Counted from the stretch's first letter, positions 41,672 through 54,289 are shown. The stretch is DNA of 64,000 nt from Macrostomum lignano (GCA_002269645.1 NIVC01000114.1:372001-436000); one strand, 5' to 3'. Notes: a model not told the origin generated them from the letters alone. Numbers and translations are program-made.

Positions 41672-42360
41672 GTATACCACGCATTATGCATTATGCCACG
41701 AACCGGAGTTTGAGCTCTGCCCTCCCTGCCCGGTCCACCTTGCTTTGTCCTCGGTTCCATCTGCTGGCTCCTCTGGTTGTCTCCCCGCCTCTGCTGTGTC
41801 TCTGGCTCTCTCATCCTGACAGTGGATTGGCGTCCCGGGGAACGAGTTCGTCCCGAATCGGGGATACCGACTGAGTCCGGGTCCTCTTGCGCCTTGTGCC
41901 CCTTCCCGACCTTGGCCTGGCCTCCAAGCTAAAGCTGGATAGGTGATACCCTTGGTGCTCATAGCTTGCTCGCCCTCGGAAACAAGCCTTCCAGCCAAAT
42001 TTCTAACTATAGCCTTTTCCGTAGACTTCGGGGTTTCCCCGCTCTCGGACCGCTCTAAGTAGTGAACTAAGCATTTCTAACTCTTTTTTTCGCGCGCACA
42101 CCCGAAGACTTGTCAGCTGGGGCCGGGGCGGTCTGGGTGGACTCGGTTTTAGCACCGTCCCTGATTCCATTGTTGGGTTGGCGGTGTCTTGTACCATATG
42201 TTTGGATTAGGTTGGCAGTTCACACCCAGCCGTGGCCTACGACGTCAGGGTCTATAATTACCAGTGGGTATCTCTAGAAGTGCCCCTCAGCGGCAGAGCC
42301 TCTCACAGGGCTGATCCGCGGGTAGCATAAGCTCCTACCCCCGTTTAACAACAAAACAAC
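41672..42360. mobile_element. About 690-bp GC-rich insertion flanked by a direct repeat, with an (AAC)n-like end; probable non-LTR/SINE-type fragment
   Basis: AAGTACGTGT at 41662-41671 and 42361-42370 (longer match with one GT indel), AACAACAAAACAAC at the right end, and a sharp composition change from the AT-rich flanks. No RT motif seen. Confidence 0.5.
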
Positions 42361-43154
42361 AAGTACGTGTATACATAACACCACTTCGCTAAATTAAACT
42401 AAATTTTGTGCATGGGATTGTAATAGAAGTACATAATAATATTTAAAGCTAGAAAGGCTTCGTAGGTCCCTTCGAATTCGTCATCACTGGCCATTTCGAC
42501 ATAGCAGTCAATTCTGGTCGCTTAATTATCTCCACTGTCCATCATTAGTGTTATCAACGTCCCTGACAATTATGTATTTTTACACTACACGTTTAGTCTA
42601 CCCATGAGATGTCGTATTCGCAGGAAAATATATGGGAGAGGCCCCCCCCCCCAATGACGCCAGCAGCATGCGCAGGCCGCGCAGCAGCAGCCTTCAGTGG
42701 TGGCCTCGGCTCAGCAGTCAGCAGGCTGGGAGAGCGGCTCCGACTTCCGCTGCTCATCTGCACTCACCGCGCCGGCCCGGCTGTCCGTCTTTCTTTGTCC
42801 CCCTGTCTTGCATATGTTAATATCATCGGGATTCACTGAGATGCTAATCAGCCAGGGACTTGCAGAACCCACCTCAGAAACTCAACGCATCCACACTGCT
42901 CGGTCCCGAACTCAAGCAAAGCAAAAAGGACCACCATTTTGAAGGACATTCAAGCCACCCTTGCACAGCACCAGAGCTGGCACTGAGAGCGAGTGGCAGG
43001 TCGCATCATTCTATATTTAGAAACCGAAGCAGTGCATTTGGTTTATGGCACAGAGCAGGCATCAAATATGGGTTCTGAGTTCATCAGCAGCGTGCGGAGC
43101 TCTTGGATCGGACAGAAAAATGAATGGCGACTGGGGCCGCGACCTGCCTGTCCG

Positions 43155-43880
43155 GTCAGTGAATGTTCATGAGGGAGCTGTCAGGCTGGCAGTCACTGAA
43201 TGTTTATGAGGGAGCTGTCAGGCTGTCAGTCACTGAATGTTCATGAGGGAGCTGTCAGGCTGTCAGTCACTGACTGTTCATTAGGGAGCTGTCAGGCTGT
43301 CAGTCACTGAATGTTGATGAGGGAGCTGTCAGGCTGGCAGTCACTGAATGTTGATGAGGGAGCTGTCAGGCTGTCAGTCACTGACTGTTCATTAGGGAGC
43401 TGTCAGGCTGTCAGTCACTGGATGTTGATGAGGGAGCTGTCAGGCTGTCAGTCACTGAATGTTGATGAGGGAGCTGTCAGGCTGTCAGTCACTGAATGTT
43501 CATGAGGGAGCTGTCAGGCTGTCAGTCACTGAATGTTCATGAGGGAGCTGTCAGGCTGTCAGTCACTGAATGTTCATGAGGGAGCTGTCAGGCTGTCAGT
43601 CACTGAATGTTCATGAGGGAGCTGTCAGGCTGTCAGTCACTGACTGTTCATTAGGGAGCTGTCAGGCTGTCAGTCACTGAATGTTTATGAGGGAGCTGTC
43701 AGGCTGTCAGTCACTGGATGTTCATGAGGGAGCTGTCAGGCTGTCAGTCACTGAATGTTCATTAGGGAGCTGTCAGGCTGTCAGTCACTGGATGTTCATG
43801 AGGGAGCTATCAGGCTGTCAGTCACTGAATGTTTATGAGGGAGCTGTCAGGCTGTCAGTCACTGAATGTTAATGAGGGAG
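43155..43880. repeat. 37-bp minisatellite (same family as 61465-61735)
   Basis: Unit GTCAGTCACTGAATGTTCATGAGGGAGCTGTCAGGCT. Confidence 0.95.
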
Positions 43881-44535
43881 GGTGTTGCGGGTGAAACAAA
43901 AGTTCCCCATAGACATTTACTTTTGTGACTGCGCATCGCGCAACTATGTTAATATGAAAAGATCGAACAGACCAAAACTAAGAAGGAAGATAAATGATAA
44001 ATGGATTGAGAGCTGAGCTCGGCATCAATGAGGCATGGATGCATTGAAGGCTTAAAGCCAGAAGTACAACACTTTTTGTAAAATTTCTGTTACTTGCGGC
44101 ATGTAAAAGAAAGCATCGAGAGCAAAAGTAAATGGCGAGTTCAAAAATGATTGCAAGAATTCTATCACTATTTTCAAATTTATCTGCAAATAGTCACAAG
44201 CAAGCAAACCTGCAAAGTATTAAAAAAAACAAATTCAACAGTACAGTACAGATTGATGCATTTTATCTTTTTCTATTTATTTTACCAATATGATCACTGA
44301 GACAGCAATAAATAAAAAACGGAATTGTAGCTGAATGTTCGTGAGTACATGATATAATCATTTGCAGACTTACTGAGCTGATTCTAAAAACATGTACTTA
44401 AATAATCGAGAAGCATGTACGCACTATTTTAAGCCATAAAAGTACATTTAAAATATTTCTCAGAAATGTGTGAAGTAAAATTTCTCAAACAGCTCGCGCA
44501 AAAACCAGAGAAGCTAACAAAATTTCAAGTTCAAC

Positions 44536-44610
44536 TCAAGTTGCTGCATCAAGTCTCTCCAGCTTCTCCTTGACTCAGCCGACCTTTCAATTTTCCAGGT
44601 TCATGCAGGT
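44536..44610 (-). pseudogene. Decayed duplicate of the cGLR C-terminal segment
   Basis: Reads NLEN*KVG*VKEKLERLDAAT*, homologous to KIGWVRQKLERLDAAA of the main ORF and to the intact 61975-62041 segment. Confidence 0.6.
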
Positions 44611-45557
44611 GTTGGATTTTCTGCTTCTGTCCGTGCAGACCGCAGACGGGTGATTGGGGGTTCGGGTGCGGGACTGCCCAGGGCTTGTCGGATGTGACAG
44701 GCGAGAGAGTGGCGAACCCAGAGGCGTACAGCACTTCGTCCAGACAGCAAGTGGAGGGGCGGGGAGCCTACAGACATTCGTCCAGCAGCCATACAGCAAG
44801 ATGCGGATGAGGAGGCCGTGAGCAGGTGGCCACTGAGCAGCGCAGAGGTGAGCACGGGTCTGGAGGCGTACAGACACTTCGCAGACCCGAATGAAGACTT
44901 CGACAAAAGAAGAGAATTATGAAGATAGGACAAATTAATGAAAAGCAAATGCTGTCTTACTGAAACGACTCATGAAGGACTGTTTTTGTTTCTGTATATT
45001 GCAGCTTCAGTTGAATTTTCACGCTCAGGGCGAAACTGGTAGAGAGCAGGGAGGTGAGGCCCACCCTCGCACTTAAAAACCGGGTGAGCAGGGCGCTGGG
45101 GACCCGCAAAGCTCACAGAGTTGAAGGGCAAGAGAGAAAGAAGAAGGGAGGCCAGCCAATAAGGAGCTCTCAAATGTGCAACCTTGAATATTTGCATTGG
45201 AAAGCATTGGCAATTGGAGATTGAACTCCGCATAAAAATCGCAGAGAAAAGCCCGCATCAAAGCAGACACGCAGTTCGAACAGAAGAAGCAATTCAGCAT
45301 GCAGTGTGAATTGAATTGCAGAACAAATGTGCAAAACTCCAGTTCAGAGCAGGAGGGCTTCTCGAATTCGATGGCTCTCGATGTACTCATTTCCTGAAGT
45401 GAAAGGTAGACAAACCAAAGCACCATTTCAGTTGCTCAATTAGGCAGAAATTGACATAAGACGGAGGTCCCTCATCAAGTGGGCATGCAGCAGAATAAAC
45501 AGTTTGATTGAACAAACCCAAAGTACATGAAAATTGTGTCAGCATCGCACCAGGCAG

Positions 45558-48500
45558 TCAGTCTGACTCGGCCTTTCTTTTCCGACCTCGACTTTGCGAC
45601 TCGACTTTGAGGACTCCGGCTGCTGCATCAAGTCTCTCCAGCTTCTGCCTGACCCAGCCGATCTTCTCCTCGTCCTGCGTCTCCATGACGACGCGTCTCT
45701 CTTTCTCGATCATCTCCATCTGCTGCAGGCTGAACTCCACGTGCTCGCGGCAGTCGCTGTAGTGAGCCAGAGTGAGCAGCTCCTCCAAGTCCGGGTCTTC
45801 TTCCAGCTCTCGCTTCCAATCCTCTAGTTTATTTGCAGGTGCGCGATTGCGGAGCAGCTCAGCTTGGAGACTCCAGCTCAGGCAGCGGAAGTTCACGTAC
45901 AGGTGGGAGGAGAGAGGCTGCGACATTCTGGCTGTGAACAGAGTCTGCGTGAAGTCGGGAAGGAATGGAAAGCGAGGCGGAGAGTCGCAGGGGAGGCAGA
46001 ACCTCCACGCCAAGTCAAATTCAGTTGAATTAGATAATTTCACTAGTTTCATTATATACGATAAATATTTGCGTTCTTGAATATCCTGCGGCTTGTACCC
46101 CGACTCAACCTGATGTCTCTGCAGCTCCATCGTGAGTCTCTCAGCCTCCTCAGATTCTCCGAACTTCAAATGCGCCATGGCGGTCATGCACAGGGCTGCG
46201 CACTTGCACCACTTCAGCTCATGCAGGAGACTGAGCTGCCTCATTAGGGTGTCTCTGTCGCTCGATTCCGACTGCAGCTCGCTCACACACTGGTGCACCA
46301 CACTGTACACGTCTGCTACTTTTTCGTCAAAACATTCACTGATCTTCGTAATAGCAGGTGGCGCTGTCAGAGGCAGCAGAGTGAACGGGTGAAAGTAGAG
46401 CTTCTCTGACTGCAGAGGTCTCACGAGTTTCCTCAGCTGCTCGACCACTCCGCCGATGTCGCTTCGCAGCTCACGAAGTCGGTCTCGAACCCTCGCCTTC
46501 GTGTTGTCGAAGTCACCGCCGATTCCAGCGTTCTTGAAGTAGAGCGGAGCGTCGGGCATGAAGAAGTGCGGCATGCACTCATCGGGCGAGCTGCTCGAGT
46601 CGATGAAGCTCAGCATCATGTCGAGAGACTCCTTGAGCAGAGCGATCAGATTGTGGGGCTGCCAAGCGTCAGTTTCAGGATCTGTGCCATGCTTCTCTAG
46701 CATTGTGAAGAGCAGAGTCTTTGCATGGTAGGTCTTGAGTCCAGGTGTGTCCAGAGTGAGCGGCAAGTGTCTCTTGAAGATGAACTTGATGAGTGTGAAC
46801 AGCTGGCCCTGGACTGTGCTCAGTCGTCTCATGATGTCTTTCTCCTGGAAGCTGAAGCTCACTCTGAGCTCGTTGGTCTCACTCGGTCTGGTCGCCCGAA
46901 CGAGGTGGACTGCAGTATAACTGTCATCAATCAGTTTTTTAACTCTGTCATTACAGAAACCACTGCAGCACTCGATCGCATGGCACGTGTCCTGTGCAGG
47001 CCGCACACCGCACGCCGTGGCTGTCACTGCAGGTTGGCTGCCTGCAGAGTGCAGTGAGCGGAGAGTCGCTTTGTGGCGAGTAAAAAAGATGGGTTGGTTT
47101 GAAACTGCTGATTTTTTCTTTGCTTTTCTAGTGTTTCTCTATCCAATTAAATATCCTTTCAAGCAAAAAGGTAATTTTTTCGCCTAATTTTTAACGAAAA
47201 CTTAGCTTAGACATTCACTCAGCTACCATCTGTGTTTTTCACTTTGTTGTTTAAATATATATTTGATAAGTGCAAGTGCACAATTGACTTGGCTGAAGTC
47301 AGGTCATGCACGTTTATTCAGCTCTTCAGAGACGCCACAGAATTTTGGTGCTCTCTGAAGAGCCAAACATATGCACCTGTGAGGCATGAGCCTCTGCACC
47401 CACTGAGTTAGCCCAGCTTCAGCTTCAGCTGCTCTGGCTTCATCAGGTTGCAGCTCAGCACAGTGCCCAAGCATCAATAGGACTCAGTGCCGCGCAGCAA
47501 GGCACCAATCAGGCAGTCAGGGCGGTTTCGGTTTGTTTTGATTAAAATTTTCCAAGTGAAAGCAGCAGCACCTCAGCAGAGCCATGCCGCCTACCGTGGG
47601 TCACCCAAGCACCGCTGCACCTGTTGCGTATTGCTATGAGTACTGCAAAGCATAGACTTTTATAATACTTCGGAAATAGTCTATGGTTTATGCGACGCGA
47701 TACGGTACTCTCCTTTGTTTGCTAAGCTTCGAATATTTTCATTTATGAACACAAGACCCTAGGACCGTTGCCGCTAAAATATAGCTTAATTTCAAACTAC
47801 CATAATTCATTGACTTGGCGTTATTCAAACAAAACACACTGCTGCAATCGGAGCCTGTGAATTCAAAACCCAATGGCCCAGCTCAGCCAGTCGGCATCAG
47901 AGTTTTCTTTTCAATTTCGCCCTCCACTTGTTTCAGCACCCAAGACGACATTTGCAGTCTCAGAAGCTGCTGGAGGCTTGGCGCCACTCGGTTGCGAATT
48001 TAAAATTGAGCAAAGTTAATGGGCTTCCAGTTGCATGCGGATCTCAGCATTCTGATGATGAACCCAGCCTCACTCACCTGCTCCCACTGCCACCTGTGCG
48101 TGGCCCTCCGTGACCTGCAGCCGAGTGGCGTCTCGGCAGGAACCAAATCGCTCTCTGTCGCAGCCACCTTCCAGATGGAACTGTTGCCCAGCAACCAGCA
48201 CAGTCCAATCAATGTCCGAGTCTGCAGCTGTCCTGCCGTTCACTTGCACCAGACTGTTGTCCCAGCCCTCTGCGTAGCTGCCCGTCATCCGCCTGTCTTC
48301 CTGTGTGAGGACTCGAGCGACTCCTTCCAGCCGGTCAGCCAGTCTCTGCTGACACTTTGCTCTCTGCTCGGTGAATCCCGCATCGCTGAGCAGTCGATGC
48401 AGCTCCTCGCTCAGGCGCCTGTCTTGCTGGGAGTCGTCTGAGAGCCTGGAATGATCCGAGATGCATGTGGGTGATTTGCTCAGAGTTTGATGGACAGAAC

Positions 48501-51500
48501 AAGCAGGAGAGCTGAGAGTGCAGCTGCTGCAGCACTCAGACTGGCATCTCAAGCAGGAGAGCTGAGAGTGCAGCTGCTGCAGCACTCAGACTGGCATCTC
48601 AAGCAGGAGAGCTGAGAGTGCAGCTGCTGCAGCACCCAGTCCAACCCAATCTCAGCCCTGCTGAGTTTCGCTGCAATTTCTGCCCCAAGCTGCTAGCCTG
48701 TTGGAAGGCGCAATGCGGCAGTGAAAGCCGAACCGGTCAGACTCACCGATAAGGGCCTGAAGCCGAGTGGTGAGCAGCTGCTTGTCGAGCCTCTGGGCTT
48801 CTGCAATGCGGGAAGGAAAGCCAGTGTTCTCACAGCAGTTGAGTATACAAATACATATATACATATATACATATATACATATATGCATATCTCTACCTAT
48901 AAAAATATACATATATACATATATACAAATAATACATATAATACATATATACAAAATTGACTATACAAATAACTTGTGTCGAAAACTTCCATTGTATTTC
49001 CTGGCCAAGTAACCAGTCAGTGCAGCTTTATCAACACCCAATGCTTTTTAGGTAAAGACGAGGATGACAGAAGGCAGAAGCAGAAGTGCATCAGCACATG
49101 TGATCTACTTTACATGTATTTAACTTGTTGGCGTCTGCCCTCGTTCTTCAGGCCCGCGCATGGCTCAGTGTGCATTTCCTAGTCGCATTTGCACACTGCA
49201 CAGTATCTAAATATCAATGCGCAATATCGGGAACAATCAAATATTCTAAATAAATATTATCGCACCGCCTGTTAGGGGCCTCTGAGCTTTTTTCATCGGC
49301 CAATTCTGCTAAATTATGCTAGAACTCATACAGGCATAATTCATGGCTTCCCTAGTCGAGTATGCTAAACGATAATGACAATAAGTCTATACATACGTAG
49401 CCACTCGTAATTTTGCTTATTGTTTACCTCTAGTACCGTATGTATAATCTTCCATTGTATCCTTTTGGAGGGGTTTTTAGGGGTCTACCAATGATTGTTT
49501 AACGATGTCTCAGCGAATCAGAAACGTCCTAGACTGCGCAGGTTTTGGCCATAGACATCGACAACGACTTCGACACTGCCATAGGAAGCGCTATGGAGCG
49601 ATTCCAACTGTACCATAGACTATCGAGTGAATATAGAGTAGAGAAATGCAGGGGACTGTGGTTTGATATAAGCTTGCTTGCTTTAACATCAACCACTAAA
49701 ATGCATCTAATAAATTGGAAAAATCTGCCTACTGATTCTCTTAACGGAGTGTACGTCTTCAAGCGAAATGGATTTCCATTCTCTGCTGAGTGCAACCGAC
49801 CACGCTGGCGACGCTGACCTAGCGGAGTTCATCCGTTTCTTAGAAGATCCTACGATGGATGACCATTCGGTTCTGGATACACCCCTACCGGATATATCAG
49901 ATGACGCTCCTTTGACGGTTGGCGACCTGGATCGCATTAAAATCGATTCGCTTCCTAAAACTACGGGAGAGAAGATGTTCCAACATGGTAAAGCATTTGT
50001 GGATTTTTTAAGTCGACAAACGTAACTGTCTTCCGTGGCAATATCCGAGGCTATGCTAAGCGAGTTTCTGCGCTACTATTACTTCTCGTTGAAGAAAGTT
50101 GATGGAGGAATTTACTCGCCTGCGTCCTTGGTGTGCATTTGTGCCGGCATTCAGCGATATTTTGCCCTAATTCTCAAGTGCCCAGTCAACATAATTTCCG
50201 GAGGTGACTTTGCAGCCGCTAACCGAATGCTACGCGTCAAAGTCCGAGATTTCGTTGGATCCGGTTCCACCAGAAAATAATTTCCCCCAATCGAGGATGG
50301 AGACCTAGAGCGACTGCGGCAATACTTTGACAGAAGCACAGCAGAGCGTCTTAAGGATGAAGTGATTTTTGTTACTCTATACGTCGGGTGAACGCGGCCA
50401 AGAGCACCTGAAGTTTCTCAAGAAGAAGGGTACTTAGGTAGAAGGAGTTGACGCTGATGGCGAAGCATATCTTGGCCTGCCGGATCTGCCAACGAAGAAT
50501 CAATCGACTGAACCGACACGTGCTAAGAACAATATTACAAAGCAAGCTCGTCTCTATGGACAGCAGCGAGAGCTTGTAGTATACTACTACGGCCTTCTAC
50601 CGGAGAGCACAAAGGATTCATCCTTCTTTCCACGACCATTGACCAATGATGGAAGCGGTAACCTTCGGTATTCGGCCAACCAAGTTCGAGGCATTAGCTG
50701 GTTAGCCAACTTCGTGCGTCATCTGCGCCAAGTCTGCAATTTGTCTAAAGCGTATACTAATCATTGTATTAGAGTAACGCGCATCGCGGATCTGCACGAA
50801 TGTGGACACAACCTGGACGACATTATGACTATTACAGGGCAGAGGGCCAAGTCGACCGTCCGGCGTTACCTGTCTAGAAGCTGTGATCGGTCCATTAGTG
50901 GTTCGTCATTAGACAGTAATCTAAGACAATTTATACTCATGACAGCTACGACCCAAGCTTCTATAACTCACAGCCTCCTCTAGAGATAAGGCATATTTAT
51001 AAATAAACTCGATCCCCATTTAGAAACTTTCGAACCTAAACCCCCATTCCTCATGCCCCATTGGTTGTCTTTAAGCTGCATACGAGTTTATAGTTGGGTT
51101 GAAGGTACTAAAAATGAAGCTTAAATTTGAAGTCCGCATCATCGAAAATCCTTGAAATCCTTGAACGTCTTTACAGTACTCTGTCCTTCTGTTGCCCTTG
51201 TTTTTGTTGTTTTTGTTTTCGTTTTTCATGCCGCCCCGCCCCGTCCCCCGTCTCGCGCCCGGGCCAGGGTTTGTGGAGGCCCTGTCCAATCTGGGTGCTT
51301 GCCTTACCCCTCCCTCCTTGCCCCGCCCCACCCTGGGCTGTGCTGTTCGCATTGGCTGTCTGGCTGATAAGCTGCCTGAGCCCCAGGGTTTGGCTCGCCC
51401 CTTTCGTTTCTACCCAAGAAAGTCGGGCACACAAATGATTCTTTGTGTCATTCTTTAATGGGAAATTCATTTTTTCATTTTGTGTCTTTAATGACTTTCC

Positions 51501-52750
51501 TTTTCCTTCCCTCTGCCTAACCCCACCAAATATACTTAAAATGTTTTCTATTGTATAAGGTTTTTTGCTAAGCTTTTCTTAATAAAATTACAATAATGCT
51601 TCACAAAATACAATGCGATACTGATAAGATTCATGAAATTATCGCTTCACTCACCCCGCTCCACTGGGATCCAGCAGCCGCAGCACCTGCCCCTGCTCAA
51701 ATCGCTGTGCCACCTGCGCGCACGTCTGACCCCGACCGTTTCGATGACTCGCATCCGCTCCTCTGTCCATCAGAGCCTTGGATGCTCGCACGTGACCGGC
51801 TTCGCACGCTCGTGACAGAGCAGTCCGACCCTGACTGTCTTCAGCACGCACTGACGCACCGAGATCGATGAGTTTCTCAATGAGCTCGTGATGACCTGCA
51901 TCAGCTGCCAGCATGAGAGCAGTGGCTCCAGTGCTGTCTGGCAGATCGACACGCTGTGTGCTGACTCGCTCATAATTGATCAGTGTGACAGCAAGAGCGA
52001 CGTGTCTTTGAGAGATGGAGAGACGGAGCAGCTGTGTGATGCGAGCTGGCTGCATTCGAGAGAGGGTGTCGGTAAGAACAGAGTTCCTGCCTTCGATGGC
52101 CATTGCTGCAGTGAAGCTGAGGATGGTGCTGGATTGGAAGAGCCAGTCGGGCTCGAGGCCGAGGGATGCAACGAAATCTTCGTGAAGACGAGAGCAAGCC
52201 GCGACTGCGCATTGGAAACGGAGATTCGCTCTCTGATCCAGAGTTGGGAGATAGGAGAGGAATAACTTGACGACTTCTAATTGACCATAGTTTGCAGCAG
52301 ATTTGGCAGCCTCGATGCAGCAATCATTTATTTTCGTTTGGTCGACGATTTTCGACACAAAAAGCTTGACAACCTCCCACTGACGATTGTATGCAGCAGT
52401 GTTGGCAGCGTCAATGCAGCACTGATCTCTTTTCGTTTGGTCAGCGACTTCAGGCACGAGAAACTTGACAATATGCCACTGATCATTTTTTGCAGCGGAT
52501 TCTGCAGCCTTGATATAGCAGTCATCTCTTTTTGCTTGGTCAGCGACTGCCGGCACAAGAAACCTGACGACTTCTAACTGACCCTCACTCGCAGCAAGTT
52601 TTGAAACGGTTTCGCAAAAAAGATATCTTTTGTTTTCTTCTTGCTGAAGTTCCAGGTGATGTTTGAGTGCCTGGATATTTCCTGTCTTGGCGGCCTCATC
52701 AGCACTGATCTGTTCGCTCATTTCGTCTGGTGCGCTGATGAGTGCTTCAT
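45558..52750 (-). CDS. Ankyrin-repeat + Mab-21/cGAS-like nucleotidyltransferase (cGLR) fusion, copy 1 (about 1000 aa; start codon unresolved)
   Basis: Exon 52750-51655 carries ANK repeats and ends GG|gtgagt (phase 2). Exon 48511 (or 48445)-48078 has phase-2 acceptors, carries TGSYAEG...DSDIDW and ends G|gtgagt (phase 1). Exon 47041-45558 has a phase-1 acceptor and carries QDTCHAI, VHLV, LRVSFSFQEK, LKTYHAKTLLF, W, CMPHFFMP (Mab-21 signatures) and then a helical tail. Candidate upstream exons lie at 53128 onward and end at 53381. The domain calls are strong; the ANK-NTase join is inferred. Confidence 0.75.
48500..48636. repeat. 50-bp unit repeated about 2.7 times over the acceptor region of the NTase exon
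   Basis: AAGCAGGAGAGCTGAGAGTGCAGCTGCTGCAGCACTCAGACTGGCATCTC at 48501, 48551 and 48601 (partial). Confidence 0.9.
49768..50983 (+). mobile_element. Crypton-type tyrosine-recombinase transposon, inactivated (DUF3504-like)
   Basis: Stitched reading: LSEFLRYYYFSLKKVDGGIYSPASLVCICAGIQRYF...ERGQEHL...TKNQ...FFPRPL...YTNHCIRVT...IMTITGQRAKSTVRRY. Lesions: TAA 50023, TAA 50278, frameshift near 50380, TAG near 50437. A short upstream ORF at 49545-49817 may belong to the element. Confidence 0.85.
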
Positions 52751-54289
52751 CTAGAAGGTACATAAATATTTTTCTCCTGGTTTATTACGAGTAATTAAAA
52801 TGGTTTAAAAAAGCAGGCAGAGAGAAAGAGGGTGGCGCCGTTCTCTTGAATACTTTTGAAAGGAATACGTAATGATTCCTGGATGTTGTCAGAGTGGCAT
52901 GAGTTTTAAAGGTTAGGGCAGCAATGTTGCGAGAGTCAGCTGCCCAGCCTCAGGCGAGGTGAACCATCCCAGGCCTGAGCAACCGAAACTTCTCTCCCGA
53001 GCATGAGCGCTGAGTCCGCCGCCTTCGCCTCTGTGCACCCAGCATGACAACGGAGAGGCTGCAGCTGCAGCAGCCACCCCAAGCTGTACTTGATGAGGCT
53101 GAGATGGCATATTGCGCCTCAGTGCAGTCTGAAATCCTAAAATCTCCTACTGAGAGGTGTAATGTCAGGTCTCAGCCCAGAGTCAACCTGAACTCCAGAG
53201 AGAAAGTGGGGAGCGAGAAAAACAGGGAAAAGAAAGAGGGGAAGGAGGAGGGAGAAGAGAAGGAGAAGCCAGTTTGGGAATTCAGAGTAAAGGATTTAGT
53301 GAGTGGGAAATCGCATGCCAAATTGACAGCTCACTCCAACGCCAGCACAGCAAACTGCAGCAGGGCAGTGCGGGACTCACCGATGGCCATTTCTGAACTC
53401 GCCAATCTGCTGATGGAGCAGCAGCAGAGACTCGCAGAGAAAGCACAACTCTCAAAAGCAGACAGGAGACTCGGCAGTAACGAAACACGGTACTTGTGAA
53501 AAGAGACAGGAGAGATCAGAGGGCAGAAAGACAAAAGAAAGTATGGTGGGCTGCTGCAGAAGTATTGAACGTGGGTTGGAAAGCAGGCGGGGAGAGAAAG
53601 GAAAGCCAAAAGTCAAGCAAAGCACAGAAATGCACAACAGAGTGAGCGCTTGTCGAAACGCGCGTACAAAGCCGTCACAGAAAGTCATTCCCGCACAACG
53701 GAAGGGCTGATAGTGCAAGCACAGAAAACAGGAAAGAAGGCCCTACCCGCACACCGATGAGTAAAATTTGATCGCGCATTGGCAGGAAAAGCGGGTTTGA
53801 AACGCACGTTAAATATTCGTAGAATAATACCCTCTACTTTCGTGCCCTATGGTAGTAAGCCTGGCGACGCTATTCAGGACGCCTGAGGATGCTTCGCCTC
53901 GGCCTTATGAATGCATCCTGGGAATTTTTTTTATAGAACATGAAGTTACAGGGTATTAGACAAGGAGCTCTATAATTAGCAGTCTCTAGAACTCTATAAC
54001 TCATGGGTATTATAAAGTACTTACAAGCTGTTGAAACCCGCGGATTTTGAACCCGGGGAATTTCAATCCCCGGAACTACGCTCGTATTTTGCATGTATTC
54101 TAAAATCTGAGGTCAAACTCAAACAAAAACTTGTTAATAGTTAGGATAGAGTTAAACATAAAATAGAGTACATTCGTGTAAAATAAGGATTTGAGGCAAA
54201 CATTGCTTTCGTTGGTTGGGGTGCTGCGCAGAATGTCAGGCAAACTCTGGCCTCTATCTGTGCCTCTCCCTATGTCCCTTGGATCCTTT

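Noticed and set aside
42600-43150. Coding-like GC-rich segment with several short ORFs
   Set aside because: Interrupted by stops, with no recognisable domain or splice structure.
44590-45170. Segment present behind cGLR copy 1 but missing behind copy 2, with short ORFs
   Set aside because: No frame gives a recognisable protein; treated as an unexplained indel in the duplicated flank.
53044-53499. Plus-strand 151-aa ORF
   Set aside because: It overlaps minus-strand splice signals (donor at 53380, acceptor at 53129) and a pyrimidine-rich intron of the ANK-cGLR 5' region; probably an antisense artefact.
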